Assembly (NCBI GenBank): GCA_050250895.1
Contig: JBFWNU010000001.1
Span: 2,628,891-2,692,890, forward strand
Reading direction: 5' to 3'
Source of the DNA: Vulcanimicrobiota bacterium
GTDB lineage: Bacteria > Vulcanimicrobiota > Xenobia > Xenobiales > JADMJV01
Length of the DNA: 64,000 bases
A program made the position numbers and the translations under genes. This document shows positions 21,966 to 31,996 of the stretch, piece by piece (within the stretch, counting starts at the first letter, position 1; every line of letters begins with the position of its first letter). The notes beneath the pieces were generated by a model. The model saw only the letters and a program-made list of their open reading frames with translations. It did not search any database and was not told the origin of the DNA.

Positions 21966-22824
21966 TCTCGAGAGAGAGCGACGGGCTCGTCAGCAGGCCG
22001 AGAGCATCGCCGAGTCTCGGACTCGAGAGCTCTATGGGCTCAACTGCCGCCTCGAGCAATTAGTGGACGAGAAGACCATCCATCTGCGTCACGCCCTGGA
22101 GGTGGCCCGATCGGCCGACCAGACCAGATCCGCCTTTATCGCCCGCATCAGCCACGAGTTGCGGACTCCCCTGACGGCCATTCTGGGTTTCACCGAATTG
22201 ATGTTGGCCGGAGTGGTGGAACCCCTCGGCCCCCGTCAGCGCACTTATCTCGAGCAGATGCAAGCCCAGGGAAAGCGCCTTCAGAACTTGCTCGAGAACC
22301 TGCTGGACTTTGCCGAGGAGCAAGAGCTGGCGCCGACCTACGCACCCTTTCTTCCCTCTCGCCTGCTGGTCGGGGCGCGGGAGGTCTTCGCCAACTTGGC
22401 GGCCCAGCGTGGATTGGCCTTTGAACTGGTGCAACAGGGTGAGGACGGGCCCTTTCACGGCTCAGCCGAGACCCTGGAATTGGTGCTGCACGGCCTGCTG
22501 AGCAATGCCCTGCGGCTGACCCCGGTCGGGGGTAAGATCAAGGTCCAGGTGACCAGTTCCTCGGACCGTCTGCGAGTGTCGGTAACCGACACCGGACCCG
22601 GTCTGAGCCGCGAAGCCATGGGGCGGCTCTTCGAGTCTTTCCATCCCCTCGACTCATCCCTCTGTGCTGAAAGCCAGGGGGCTGGCCTGGGTCTGGCCCT
22701 GGCGCGTCAAAGGGTCGAAGCCCACGGGGGACAAGTCTGGGCCTGCAGTGACGGTCCCGGCAGCGGGGCGACTTTCGCCTTCGAGGTGCCGAGTGCAGCA
22801 TCCGGCCACTTCGCCCCACCCTGA
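21943..22824 (+). CDS. H-NOX-associated histidine kinase
   Basis: LERERRARQQAE coiled coil, SHELRTPL, SNAL, DTGPG, GAGLGLAL. Confidence 0.88.
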   Translation: MSESLLRSLERERRARQQAESIAESRTRELYGLNCRLEQLVDEKTIHLRHALEVARSADQTRSAFIARISHELRTPLTAILGFTELMLAGVVEPLGPRQRTYLEQMQAQGKRLQNLLENLLDFAEEQELAPTYAPFLPSRLLVGAREVFANLAAQRGLAFELVQQGEDGPFHGSAETLELVLHGLLSNALRLTPVGGKIKVQVTSSSDRLRVSVTDTGPGLSREAMGRLFESFHPLDSSLCAESQGAGLGLALARQRVEAHGGQVWACSDGPGSGATFAFEVPSAASGHFAPP

Positions 22825-22902
22825 GGCGCCGAGCATCCCGAATCGCGGCGTCGCGCTTCGCTCTATTACAACCAGGTACTCATTGCTCAGACGCTCCTTG
22901 CA

Positions 22903-23856
22903 CTAGCTCCAGACCAGAGCCAGCGCAGCCTGAGCCGCAAAAACCCTGAGCACATCTCGCTCGAGGGGCGAGATGGAAGTCGTGCCGCTCTGTTCGGCAA
23001 ACAGGACGCCCAGTAAGCGGTCGCTGGAGCGGATGGGAATGGTGACCCACCAGGCCGTGTGTCCCTGGCGATGGAAACAACTGGGAACTGGATTGCCCAG
23101 TCCGGAAAGGGGCAGAGTGGCTCGTTCGAGCCGTGAGGTAAGCGGGCACCTGGTGCCCAGGCTAAAGGCCAGGGCTCCCTGGGCATTGCTCACGCGTAGA
23201 CCTTCGTCGTCCACCAGCGCCACGGCCAGGCCCTCGACCTCGATCTCTTGCCCCAGCCCCAGCAAGAGGTCGTGAAGAAATTCTTGATGGGGAACCGAAC
23301 CCACGATCCTGGCGGTAGCCTCGAGCACCCGGCGTTGGCTGCCCACCAGGCTGTGCAGATTGATTTCACGTTCGGCTACTCCGGCTAGATCGGCCAGCCA
23401 GGCCAGATATTCAGGGGTCACCGGGCGGGGCTCGGTGTCGATGACGCAATAGGTGCCGACCACGAACCCCTCGTTGGTGGAGAGAGGATGACCCATATAA
23501 AAGCGGATGTGAGGGGGACCGGTGACGTAGGGGTTGGTTCGAAACCGCTCGTCGAGACTGGCATCGGCGATAGTCAGGGTGCGACCCATCTCGACCACAT
23601 AGGTACAGAACGAGTTGGCTCGGGGCGATTCGCTGATGCCGGGCAACCCGCAGGCCGCCTTGAACCATTGCCGATCGGCATCCATCAAGGAGACGTAGCA
23701 AATGGGTGTGCCGAACAGGGCGGCCCCCAGCCGGCAGACCCGGTCAAAGCGCTCCTCGGTGTCGGTATCGAGAAGTTGGAGTTCTTCTAACGCCTGCAGA
23801 CGAGCTTCTTCGCGAGTCAGCATCGCCGTTTTTTCGAGCCGGTCGGCCCGATTCAT
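22903..23856 (-). CDS. Tandem GAF-domain protein without output domain
   Basis: EEARLQALEELQLLDT...EERFDR, SFC, NPYVTGPPHIRFYMG; second GAF ends AAQAALALVWS. ATGA coupling. Confidence 0.8.
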   Translation of the reverse strand: MNRADRLEKTAMLTREEARLQALEELQLLDTDTEERFDRVCRLGAALFGTPICYVSLMDADRQWFKAACGLPGISESPRANSFCTYVVEMGRTLTIADASLDERFRTNPYVTGPPHIRFYMGHPLSTNEGFVVGTYCVIDTEPRPVTPEYLAWLADLAGVAEREINLHSLVGSQRRVLEATARIVGSVPHQEFLHDLLLGLGQEIEVEGLAVALVDDEGLRVSNAQGALAFSLGTRCPLTSRLERATLPLSGLGNPVPSCFHRQGHTAWWVTIPIRSSDRLLGVLFAEQSGTTSISPLERDVLRVFAAQAALALVWS

Positions 23857-24503
23857 TCTTCCGTGTCGGGCAACTCGATAAACAGCGTTCGACTGGAGGG
23901 GGTGGTAGACCACTCATAAGGTTCCCAGCGCTGCTCGGGGCGATGGAAGTAAGCTGCGATGGTTCGCCTGCCGTCGCTCCACAAGACGGCCCCGCGACCC
24001 ATCCCCTCGAGCAGGTGGCTGGTGCGCTCAATGGGCGCTACCAGATCTTCGCTAAAGAGACGAAATTCGGCGCTTTGCTCGAGTGCCTGGCCGGCCTGGT
24101 CCAGGCTGTCTTCGCTGGGCAACTCGTCGAGCACCAGGTGGGCCGGGGCCCGCCCCTCGAGAAAGGCTTTGATGTGGCCCTGATCCTCATCGACCGCTTC
24201 GGCGAGCTCCCCGTTGAAGTAGACGTAGATCTCGTCGACCGGCTGGGGATTGGCAACTGTAAAAACCACCACCACCCGCTGGCCTTCTTGCAGGCGGCCC
24301 GATTCGGCGAGGGTGAAGCCTTTGTCCTCTGCCTGGGCGTAGAGTTGGGCCGCCGAGTCGCTGCGTGAGGCCCAGAACTGTGGGCTGCAGACGGCCCGGA
24401 AGTCGGCCTGGCGTCGGGCGTTGAGGGTCTCGGCGAAGCGAGTGCCCGGGTCGGCCAGGGCTGGCAGGGCCAGCAGCAAGGCCAGGACCAGAATGCGGCT
24501 CAC
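23853..24503 (-). CDS. Hypothetical secreted protein
   Basis: Signal peptide [17 protein letters not shown]; GTGA overlap with iorA. Confidence 0.65.
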   Translation of the reverse strand: MSRILVLALLLALPALADPGTRFAETLNARRQADFRAVCSPQFWASRSDSAAQLYAQAEDKGFTLAESGRLQEGQRVVVVFTVANPQPVDEIYVYFNGELAEAVDEDQGHIKAFLEGRAPAHLVLDELPSEDSLDQAGQALEQSAEFRLFSEDLVAPIERTSHLLEGMGRGAVLWSDGRRTIAAYFHRPEQRWEPYEWSTTPSSRTLFIELPDTEE

Positions 24504-24946
24504 GACCCGGCCGCCTGGCGAATGGCCTGACGGATGCGAACGTAGGTACCGCATCGACAAAGGTTGCCGGCCATGGCACTGTCGATCTCATCGTCACTGG
24601 GGCTGGCGTTCTGGTTGAGCAACCCCACCGCCGCCATGATCTGGCCCGACTGGCAGTAGCCGCACTGGGGTACCGCGATTTCTCGCCAGGCCTGCTGCAC
24701 GGGATGGTCTTGCAGGCCCTCGATGGTAGTGACCTCTTTGCCGACGGCTTGCGAGACGGGCAGCAGGCAGGTGCGGGTGGGGGCCCCGTCGAGGTGGACC
24801 GTGCAAGCGCCGCACAGGGTGGCTCCGCAGCCGAACTTGGTGCCCGTCAGTCCCAGGTCCTCACGCAAGACCCAGAGCAGCGGCTTGCTCGGCTCGACCT
24901 CGAGGTCATGCCGAGTGCCGTTGACGTTGAGAGTGATCTTTTCCAT
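24500..24946 (-). CDS. iorA: (2Fe-2S) subunit, isoquinoline 1-oxidoreductase alpha family
   Basis: [34 protein letters not shown]. Confidence 0.92.
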   Translation of the reverse strand: MEKITLNVNGTRHDLEVEPSKPLLWVLREDLGLTGTKFGCGATLCGACTVHLDGAPTRTCLLPVSQAVGKEVTTIEGLQDHPVQQAWREIAVPQCGYCQSGQIMAAVGLLNQNASPSDDEIDSAMAGNLCRCGTYVRIRQAIRQAAGS

Positions 24947-24955
24947 CGCTCCTCC

Positions 24956-27142
24956 TTAGACCAATCCGTGTTTTGCAAAGGGAAGTGACCGGATGCGCCG
25001 GCCGGTGGCGGCGAAGATGGCGTTGGCCACGGCCGGGGCCAGGGGCGGCACGCCCGGCTCGCCCACCCCGGTGGGGGCCTCGGTCGAGGGCACGATGTGG
25101 ACCTCGACCTCGGGGGTGTCGCGAATGCGCATCACCTGGTAGCGGTCGAAATTGGCCTGTTCGACCATGCCCTCTTTGAGGGTCACCTCTTCCCGGAGAG
25201 CAGCCGACAGAGCGAAGAGAATACCGCTCTCCATCTGAGCCTTGACGATGTCGGGGTTGACCGCCAGGCCACAGTCGACGGCGCACACCACCCGGTCGAC
25301 CTTGAGCTTGCCCCCGTTTACGGTCACGTCGGCCACTTCGGCCACGAAGCTGCTGAACGATTCGTGGACGGCCACCCCGCGTCCCCGTCCCGGGTCGCTG
25401 GGAGCCGGACCCGCCTTTTCCAGGGCAAGCTCGAGGGCCTTGAGCAAGCGTGGCTTGCCGGTCAACATCGTCCGGCGCAGAGCGACCGGGTCCTGGCCGG
25501 CCAGGTGGGCCAACTCGTCAAAGAAAGTCTCGGTCACATAGGCGTTGTGCGTATGACCCACCGAGCGCCACCACAAGGCCGGCACGCCGGGTTCGGGCAG
25601 ATGCAGCTCGACCCGGAGGTTGGGCACGGTGTAGCACAGGTCGGCCGAGCCCTCGACCGCGGCGTGCTCGATTTTTTGCCCGCCAAACGGCGTCCCTTTG
25701 AGGATCGACTGCACCGCCACCCGATGCTTGAAGGCGCTGATGGCGCCGGATTTGTCCACCGAACCCCAGACCTTATGCACGCTCATGGGCCGGTAGCGCC
25801 CGCCCTTGATGTCGTCTTCGCGGGTGCGCACCAACTTGACCGGGACCCGCTTTTGCATAGCCTTGGCGATGGCCACGGCGGCCATCACATAATCGCTGTC
25901 GGGAACGCCGCGCCGTCCGAAGCTGCCTCCACAATAGTAGGTGTGGACCACGATCTGATCAGGCTCAAGGCCCAGCAACCCGGCCGCGTTGGCCTGGTCG
26001 AAAGTGGGGATCTGGGTGCCGGTGTAGAGGTGGCATTCGTGCTCTTGGAGGTCGACCAGGCAGCCCGGAACCTCCATGCAGGCATGCGCCAGATACGGAA
26101 ACTCGTAGTCGGCCTCGATGGCCTTGCCTGCTTTGAGGGCCTTTTCTACATCGCCATCGTTGCGGGCCACTTCGCCGGGCCTGGCCACCAGTTCTCGGTA
26201 GTGAGCGAAGAGTTCGGCACTGCCGCGCAGCTCAGACTCGCTATCGTCCCACTCGACTTTCACCTTGTTTCGGCCCTGGCTGGCGGCCCAAAAATCGCGA
26301 GCCACTACCCCCACTCCGCGTTCGGTGGTGACCACCTCGAGCACCCCCGGCACCTCGAGCGCTTCGGCCGAATCGACCTTCTTGACCTTGCCGCCAAAGC
26401 GGGGAGGATAAAGCATCACTGCCGTGACCATGCCGGGAAGGCTGGCGTCGAGGCTAAACTGGGCCTTGCCGTCGCTCTTGTCGGCCACGTCGAGGCGCTC
26501 GACCGTCTTACCGACGTAGCGATACTTCTCGGGCGACTTGAATTCGGGTTGCTCGGGCGGCGTGATTTGGGCGGCCGCAGCGGCCACCTCGCCAAAGCCC
26601 AATTCTCGGCCGTCGGCCGTTTTGAGCCGACCCTCGGCGACCTCGATTTGGCCACTCTCGATGCCCCACTGCCTCGCGGCCGCTTCGACCAGCATTTGGC
26701 GGGCGCCGGCCCCGGCAAGCCGCAGCTGGTCCCAACTGTTGGCGATGGAACTCGAGCCCCCGGTGGCCTGAATCCCCAGGCGCAGGTTCTTATAGCGTTC
26801 GGCGTCGGCCGGGGCAAATTCCCAGCGCATCTGCTCCCAGGCAGCATCCATCTCTTCGGCCACGATGGTGGTCAGGCCGGTGGTCACCCCCTGGCCCAAC
26901 TCGGCGTGCTTGATGACCACCGTGACCGTCCCGTCGCTGCCGACCTTGACGAAGGAGTTGAGCGCCTGCAAGTTCACCGCCGGCGGGTGGGCGGGAGTCG
27001 GGGTTGCGGGCAAATTCGGCACCGGAGGGTTGGCCTGGCATCCCACCACGAATCCGGCGGTCCCCAGGCTGATCACGTGGAGGAAGTTGCGGCGGCTGAG
27101 GGTGGGAGACTGAGGGGACAGGTAACGGTGGACCTTCTGCAT
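24956..27142 (-). CDS. iorB: Molybdopterin subunit, isoquinoline 1-oxidoreductase beta / xanthine oxidase family, Tat-exported
   Basis: Tat motif SRRNFL; [39 protein letters not shown]. Start re-called at MQKVHR. Confidence 0.9.
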   Translation of the reverse strand: MQKVHRYLSPQSPTLSRRNFLHVISLGTAGFVVGCQANPPVPNLPATPTPAHPPAVNLQALNSFVKVGSDGTVTVVIKHAELGQGVTTGLTTIVAEEMDAAWEQMRWEFAPADAERYKNLRLGIQATGGSSSIANSWDQLRLAGAGARQMLVEAAARQWGIESGQIEVAEGRLKTADGRELGFGEVAAAAAQITPPEQPEFKSPEKYRYVGKTVERLDVADKSDGKAQFSLDASLPGMVTAVMLYPPRFGGKVKKVDSAEALEVPGVLEVVTTERGVGVVARDFWAASQGRNKVKVEWDDSESELRGSAELFAHYRELVARPGEVARNDGDVEKALKAGKAIEADYEFPYLAHACMEVPGCLVDLQEHECHLYTGTQIPTFDQANAAGLLGLEPDQIVVHTYYCGGSFGRRGVPDSDYVMAAVAIAKAMQKRVPVKLVRTREDDIKGGRYRPMSVHKVWGSVDKSGAISAFKHRVAVQSILKGTPFGGQKIEHAAVEGSADLCYTVPNLRVELHLPEPGVPALWWRSVGHTHNAYVTETFFDELAHLAGQDPVALRRTMLTGKPRLLKALELALEKAGPAPSDPGRGRGVAVHESFSSFVAEVADVTVNGGKLKVDRVVCAVDCGLAVNPDIVKAQMESGILFALSAALREEVTLKEGMVEQANFDRYQVMRIRDTPEVEVHIVPSTEAPTGVGEPGVPPLAPAVANAIFAATGRRIRSLPFAKHGLV

Positions 27143-27199
27143 CGAAGCTGCTTCAATGGCCTGGGCGGGGATCCTCTGGCCCGGCGCGAAGCTGCGGGG

Positions 27200-28078
27200 A
27201 TGTGTGACCTGTATCGATGGCTCGACCAGCTGACCCCGGCGATGGCCCTGGCCTCGGTGGTGCGCACCTCGGGCTCGACCTATCGCAAGGTCGGGGCCCG
27301 CATGGTCATCGACGAAACGGGCGAGTTTCTCGGCCTGGTCAGCGGCGGTTGCCTCGAGCGCGAGGTGGCCCGCCGGGCTCAGCAGGTGCTGGCCGACGGC
27401 ACGCCTCAATTGGTGGCCTTCGACACACGCCAGTTTCTGGGTTGTGACGGCCTGGTCGAGATCGTCATCGAGCCTTTGCCGGCCGAACTCATCACGGCAC
27501 TGCGCCGCCAGGTCGAAGAGCGGCGTCAGGACCTGACTCTGGTCACCCCCTTTACCGGCGGAACCCGCCTGGGAAGCGGCGACCCCGAGAGCTTGAGCGT
27601 CCGCCTCGAGCCGCCTCGCCGACTGCTGATTTTCGGCTCGGGAGTCGACGTGGCGCCGATGGCCGCCATGGCCGAGTGCCTGGGTTATGAAACGGTCCGC
27701 CTGACCCACCCGGCCGATCCGGCCCGCCCCGCCGGTCTGGTCCCCCTCGACCCGGCCGGAGTGGCTCGCCGTTTTGCTCTTGACCAGCGGACGGCGGCGG
27801 TGGTGATGAACCATCATTACGGCAACGATCTGGCCTTTCTGGCCGCCCTCTGGGACAGCCCCGTCGGCTATCTGGGTTGCGTCGGCAGCCGGGCCCGGCG
27901 CGAGTGCTTGTTGGCCGATCTAGCCCAGAGCGGCCTCGCCATCGAAGCCCGCCCCTTCTTCTCGCCGGCCGGACTGAATCTTGGGGGGGAAGGGCCCGAG
28001 GCCATCGCGCTCTCGGTTCTAGCCGAGATCCAGACGGTCTTCTCGGGCGCGCCTCACCCCCACGTCCACAATGTCTGA
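27200..28078 (+). CDS. xdhC: XdhC/CoxI molybdenum cofactor chaperone
   Basis: GSTYRKVGARM, SGGCLE, GCDG, YLGCVGS, PAGLNLGGEGPEAIALS. Only the last 292 aa of the 993 aa track ORF are real. Confidence 0.88.
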   Translation: MCDLYRWLDQLTPAMALASVVRTSGSTYRKVGARMVIDETGEFLGLVSGGCLEREVARRAQQVLADGTPQLVAFDTRQFLGCDGLVEIVIEPLPAELITALRRQVEERRQDLTLVTPFTGGTRLGSGDPESLSVRLEPPRRLLIFGSGVDVAPMAAMAECLGYETVRLTHPADPARPAGLVPLDPAGVARRFALDQRTAAVVMNHHYGNDLAFLAALWDSPVGYLGCVGSRARRECLLADLAQSGLAIEARPFFSPAGLNLGGEGPEAIALSVLAEIQTVFSGAPHPHVHNV

Positions 28079-29195
28079 ACTCGAGCAGTTTCTGGCCTCG
28101 GCCCGCCAGGGCCAGACCGAGTCGAGCGGAGTCTTCTCGGTCGACCCCGTCAAAGCACGCCAGAAGCTAGCTCTCTATCAATTTACCGACCCCTACATCT
28201 ATGTCTTGCGGCTGGTGCAGGCGGCGGTGGCGGCCGGGGCTGACCAGGTCAGCGTGTCCTCGGGCCAGCGCTCGGTCGAACTCGCCTTCAACAGCCGGTT
28301 CGCCCCCGAATCCCTGGAGCAGTTGCTGACTCTAGCCGGAGCCGGCCCGCCTCATCTGGCCGCCGGCCTGTACGGCGCCCTCAACGCCCGAGCCAGCCGG
28401 ATTATCTTGAGCAGCGGCTCGGCCCGTCTAAGCCTGACGGCTGGCGGCGGCCAGTTCAGCCAGACTGAGCCGGTCGAGGGCACTCACGTGACCATTCGCC
28501 GCAAAGCCCCAGGCTTTTTCTGGAAGAGCGACCGCGAGTCGGCGCTGGTGCGCGAGCGCTGTTGCTATGCGGCCCTGCCCATTCTTTGCAATGGCAAGAT
28601 CGTCAATCGGGCCTATCTCGGCCTGCCCGGCAATGACCCCGACCTTCGCGAAGGCGAGCGGTGGTTCTTGGGCGAGCCGTTAACCGACTACACCCAGCGC
28701 GAACTCTTTCTGATCGCTGAGGAGTTTCGGCCCGATCTTGTCACCGCTCCCTGGCAGCCCACCTGGGGCGCTTCGATGGAGGCCATCGACGGGCTGGACT
28801 GGCGCACCACCAAGGAGCTGCGCCGCAACCACAGCCAAAGCGCCCGGCGCTCGCGCTCGAAGGCGGCCGATAAGTGCTTCGCCCGCTGCCCTCGCCTGGG
28901 CACCCGGCGCTCGCGCTCACTCGTCCTCCCATCCGAGACCGAAGAGACACGCGCTCACCTGCGTCCCTGCCATCTGGCTCTGGCCACTCGCCGCGACAGC
29001 CAGGGGGATTCTCAACTGGTGGTGGTGCGCGACGGAGTGGCGCTCAACACCGTCTTCAACGCCTTTCCCAGCCCGGGCGCCCTGGCCGTGGTCTCGGGGC
29101 GCGCTCTCAAGACCGACGCGGGCGGAATGGCCGTGATCGAAGACCGCAACTACACTTCGCTGTGCCAGTATCTTGAATTGCTGGCCAATAGCTAG
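28071..29195 (+). CDS. Hypothetical protein with degenerate GHKL/Hsp90-like N-terminus (paralogue of 10095-11288)
   Basis: ESSGVFSVDPVKARQKLALYQF...LRLVQAAVAAGA; ERC...PILCNG; VVVRDGVAL. Confidence 0.6.
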   Translation: MSELEQFLASARQGQTESSGVFSVDPVKARQKLALYQFTDPYIYVLRLVQAAVAAGADQVSVSSGQRSVELAFNSRFAPESLEQLLTLAGAGPPHLAAGLYGALNARASRIILSSGSARLSLTAGGGQFSQTEPVEGTHVTIRRKAPGFFWKSDRESALVRERCCYAALPILCNGKIVNRAYLGLPGNDPDLREGERWFLGEPLTDYTQRELFLIAEEFRPDLVTAPWQPTWGASMEAIDGLDWRTTKELRRNHSQSARRSRSKAADKCFARCPRLGTRRSRSLVLPSETEETRAHLRPCHLALATRRDSQGDSQLVVVRDGVALNTVFNAFPSPGALAVVSGRALKTDAGGMAVIEDRNYTSLCQYLELLANS

Positions 29196-29638
29196 CTGTC
29201 GGTAGGGTCACTCACGTCGAGGAAAGGAAATAGCCTGAAGTCACGGATATTGCGAGTCCAAAGAGTCCGCACCTGGTAGCGCCGGAGAGTGGCGGCCAAC
29301 AGGCTATCGGCGACTCGGTGCCGCCCCAGTTTGTGTTCCTCGAGCAGAGCAAGCGCGTTGACCAGGTCAATCTCATCGCTGTGAAGCACCCTGACGTTGG
29401 AACGGCCTAAATAGAGGCGCGCTTCCCCGATGGCCTGGGCCATCGAGAGGGGAGGGTCGAAGCGTCTGGAGTCCGTGACGACATGGACCATCTCGTGGAG
29501 AATCGACACCGTCACGACCATCCGCCTGGTTCGATCCGACAACAAAGCCTGCAACGCAGCCAGGGACATTTCGTGTTCGGAAAAGGCGGGAAACTGCGCG
29601 TAGATTAGGAGGTTGGTGTCGACGGCAACGTCGCTCAC
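29192..29638 (-). CDS. vapC: VapC PIN-domain toxin
   Basis: AVDTNLLIYA, conserved E, ADSLLAA, TRNIRDF. Confidence 0.88.
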   Translation of the reverse strand: MSDVAVDTNLLIYAQFPAFSEHEMSLAALQALLSDRTRRMVVTVSILHEMVHVVTDSRRFDPPLSMAQAIGEARLYLGRSNVRVLHSDEIDLVNALALLEEHKLGRHRVADSLLAATLRRYQVRTLWTRNIRDFRLFPFLDVSDPTDS

Positions 29639-29874
29639 AGGTGACGAGTGCCCATTTCGTCATAGAGTTCAAAGCGTTCGGGTAGGGCGGCTACAGGTTG
29701 ATGCCCTTCGAAAAGAGGCAGCCGCTCCAGTCGTTCGAGAGGTTGCAGCCGCTCTTCGCGATAGAGACGCATCGCCTCACGCATGAGTTCGGCAATCGGA
29801 CGGTCGGTACGGTGAGCATGAGCCCGGAAGGCTTCGTAATCCTCTTCGGATACCGAAATCGATATTGTTCTCAT
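29635..29874 (-). CDS. Ribbon-helix-helix (CopG-like) antitoxin
   Basis: MRTISISVSEEDY...IAELMREAM; GTGA overlap with vapC. Confidence 0.82.
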   Translation of the reverse strand: MRTISISVSEEDYEAFRAHAHRTDRPIAELMREAMRLYREERLQPLERLERLPLFEGHQPVAALPERFELYDEMGTRHL

Positions 29875-29910
29875 ATGGTTTATGATATGGCTCGTGGCGG
29901 CCTCCGTCAA
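29872..29910 (-). promoter_or_regulatory. Leaderless sigma70 promoter of vapBC with overlapping inverted repeat (candidate operator)
   Basis: TTGACG-17-TATCAT-7 nt-ATG; CATAT-N8-ATATG spans the -10 box and the start codon. Confidence 0.65.
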
Positions 29911-29958
29911 GACGCCGGGGAGGTATGTCCCGCTCGTGACCAGAAAAATGCAGACAGG

Positions 29959-30291
29959 GTGAAAGGTCAGATTTCAAGATACCGGCCGGCGGCACGCCTA
30001 CTATTGAGCTTGGTGTTGGTCCTGTCGATGCTCGGCTATGGGCTCGACCTCAAGTGTGCCTTTAGCTCCGATTGTTGTCAGACTGCCGACTGCTGCCACG
30101 ACTGCGGTGCCCCTCCCCACAGCGATTGGACCGATCAGGCGCAGCCAAAGCCGCCGGTGGTGCTCACCCTGGCGCCGATGTCACCAGCCGGGCCCGACCT
30201 GGGGATACCCGAGGCACCGCCTCCCCAGACGAAACTAGTCTTTCAGGCCCCAGCCAGAGCCGAACCCTCTCGAGGCCCTCCCGCCGTCTAG
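29959..30291 (+). CDS. DUF2946-like leader protein (hydrophobic N-terminus, Cys cluster, C-terminal RGPP)
   Basis: ARLLLSLVLVLSMLGYG; CAFSSDCCQTADCCHDC; Pro-rich linker; ends SRGPPAV*. Start uncertain. Confidence 0.7.
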   Translation: MKGQISRYRPAARLLLSLVLVLSMLGYGLDLKCAFSSDCCQTADCCHDCGAPPHSDWTDQAQPKPPVVLTLAPMSPAGPDLGIPEAPPPQTKLVFQAPARAEPSRGPPAV

Positions 30292-30348
30292 TTGCCACCG
30301 CTGGTCTGCTCTTGCGGCCCCGTTTCACTAGAGGTTGGAGGCATTGGA

Positions 30349-31992
30349 GTGCCCGTCATCGATCATTTGCGCGCCCGCTGGCCCTGGCTGGTCGCGGGAG
30401 CGGTTCTCTTTCTATCTATTGTCCTGGTGGGTTATGGATTATCCCGGCGTCAGGCCACCCCGGTCGAAGAGAAGCCGATTCTCTCGGTGGTGGCCGGTAG
30501 GGCCGGGAAAGCCGGCGAAGTCCTGGTAACCCAGCAGGCACTCAAATTGGCCGAGATCGAAGTCGCGCCGGCGACGGTTCGTTCTGTGGCCGACAAGCTC
30601 ACCCTCACCGGCATTGTGCGAAGTGGGGGCAACCAGAAGGCCAAGATCACGCCCCAGGTGGCTGGCGAGGTGGTCGAGATCCGGTCCCTCATCGGCGATC
30701 AGGTCAAGAAGGGCCAGGTGTTGGCCTGTCTGGCCAGCCCCGAATTGGCCAGAGCTCAAGCCGATTTTCATGAGGCCGCGGCCAGGTTGGAGGTCTTTGA
30801 AGCCGACCTGGCTCGCAAAGAACAACTGGCCAGCCTGGGCGAGTACGGTAGCGATGCTTTGGAAGACTCTCACTCTCGAGCCGTCGAGGCGGAACGCAAT
30901 CTTCTCTCGGCCCGCCGTTCGGTGGCCGAGAAAGAAGCCGAGCTGACCGAAGCCCGCAGCCAGGTCGAGGTGCTAGCCAACCGGCTTGCTCAGGCCGAGG
31001 CCGAACTGGCCGTGAAGAAGGCGCACTACGAGCGGGCCAGGGCTGTGCCCGAAGTGGTCTCGCTGCAGAATCTGGAGCGGCTTCGGGCCGATTTCGAGAA
31101 GGCGAAGGCCGACGTGGCCGTCGCCCGCGCCTCGAAGCTCCAGGGCGAGGCGCACCTTCAGGTCGCCGGTCGCAATCTGGAAACGGCCATTGCCGAGCAA
31201 CCCTTGGTGCAAAAGGAATACGAGGTCCGCCGACGGGCACTGTCCAGAGAAGAGAAGATCTTCTCGGGCGGCTTTTCACGCAACCAGGAACTGGTCGATG
31301 CCCAGGCCCGACGCAATCTGGCTCGGGTCGAGCTTAGCAGCGCGGCCGAACGGGTCAAGCTGCTGGGTGGATCCCCCGGTGGAGGCAGCCGGGTGCTGTT
31401 GCGTTCCCCCATCGCGGGCAAGGTCGAAGAGGCCTCATTGACTCTGGGCGAGAGCCTCGATTCGGATCAGGTGGCCTTTATCGTGGTCAATCTCGACCGG
31501 GTCTGGGCGACTTTGGCGGTGGCCCCCAAGGACTTGCCCAAACTGGCTGTCGGCGATCAGGTCGAGCTTCGAGCCGACGCCGCCCCCGACCGTACCTTCC
31601 AGGCTCGCCTGACCAGTGTTGGGACCACCACCGACGAAACCACCCGCACCGTGCCGGTAACCGTCGCCATCGATCATCCCGAGGCCATTTTGGCGGCCGG
31701 CTCCTACGTTCAGGCGACAGTCCTTACCGAGGTTCACCATGACCGTCTGACCGTCCCGACATCGGCCTTGCAGGAGCATACCGGCCGGGCTACCATCTAT
31801 GTGGCCAGCCCCGAGCAGGTAGGACGTTTCGAGGTGCGTCATGTGGTTCTGGGCATTCAAGAGGGCGATTGGCAAGAGATTGCCGACGGCCTGGCACCCA
31901 ACGAGTCGCTCGCTATCGGGGGCACTTTCTACCTCAAGTCAGAAGCCCTGAAGAGTTCGCTCTCCGACGGGTGCTGTGCGGTGGGGAAATAG
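30349..31992 (+). CDS. RND periplasmic adaptor, CzcB-like
   Basis: N-terminal TM, AGEVVEIRSLIGDQVKKGQVLA, long coiled coil, RSPIAGKV; C-terminal DGCCAVGK. GGAGG SD then GTG. Confidence 0.88.
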   Translation: MPVIDHLRARWPWLVAGAVLFLSIVLVGYGLSRRQATPVEEKPILSVVAGRAGKAGEVLVTQQALKLAEIEVAPATVRSVADKLTLTGIVRSGGNQKAKITPQVAGEVVEIRSLIGDQVKKGQVLACLASPELARAQADFHEAAARLEVFEADLARKEQLASLGEYGSDALEDSHSRAVEAERNLLSARRSVAEKEAELTEARSQVEVLANRLAQAEAELAVKKAHYERARAVPEVVSLQNLERLRADFEKAKADVAVARASKLQGEAHLQVAGRNLETAIAEQPLVQKEYEVRRRALSREEKIFSGGFSRNQELVDAQARRNLARVELSSAAERVKLLGGSPGGGSRVLLRSPIAGKVEEASLTLGESLDSDQVAFIVVNLDRVWATLAVAPKDLPKLAVGDQVELRADAAPDRTFQARLTSVGTTTDETTRTVPVTVAIDHPEAILAAGSYVQATVLTEVHHDRLTVPTSALQEHTGRATIYVASPEQVGRFEVRHVVLGIQEGDWQEIADGLAPNESLAIGGTFYLKSEALKSSLSDGCCAVGK

Positions 31993-31996
31993 GCTC

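Noticed and set aside
25097-27817. Apparent long overlap of 993-aa (+) and 953-aa (-) ORFs
   Set aside because: GC-rich read-through extensions. The real genes are divergent iorB (start 27142) and xdhC (start 27200).
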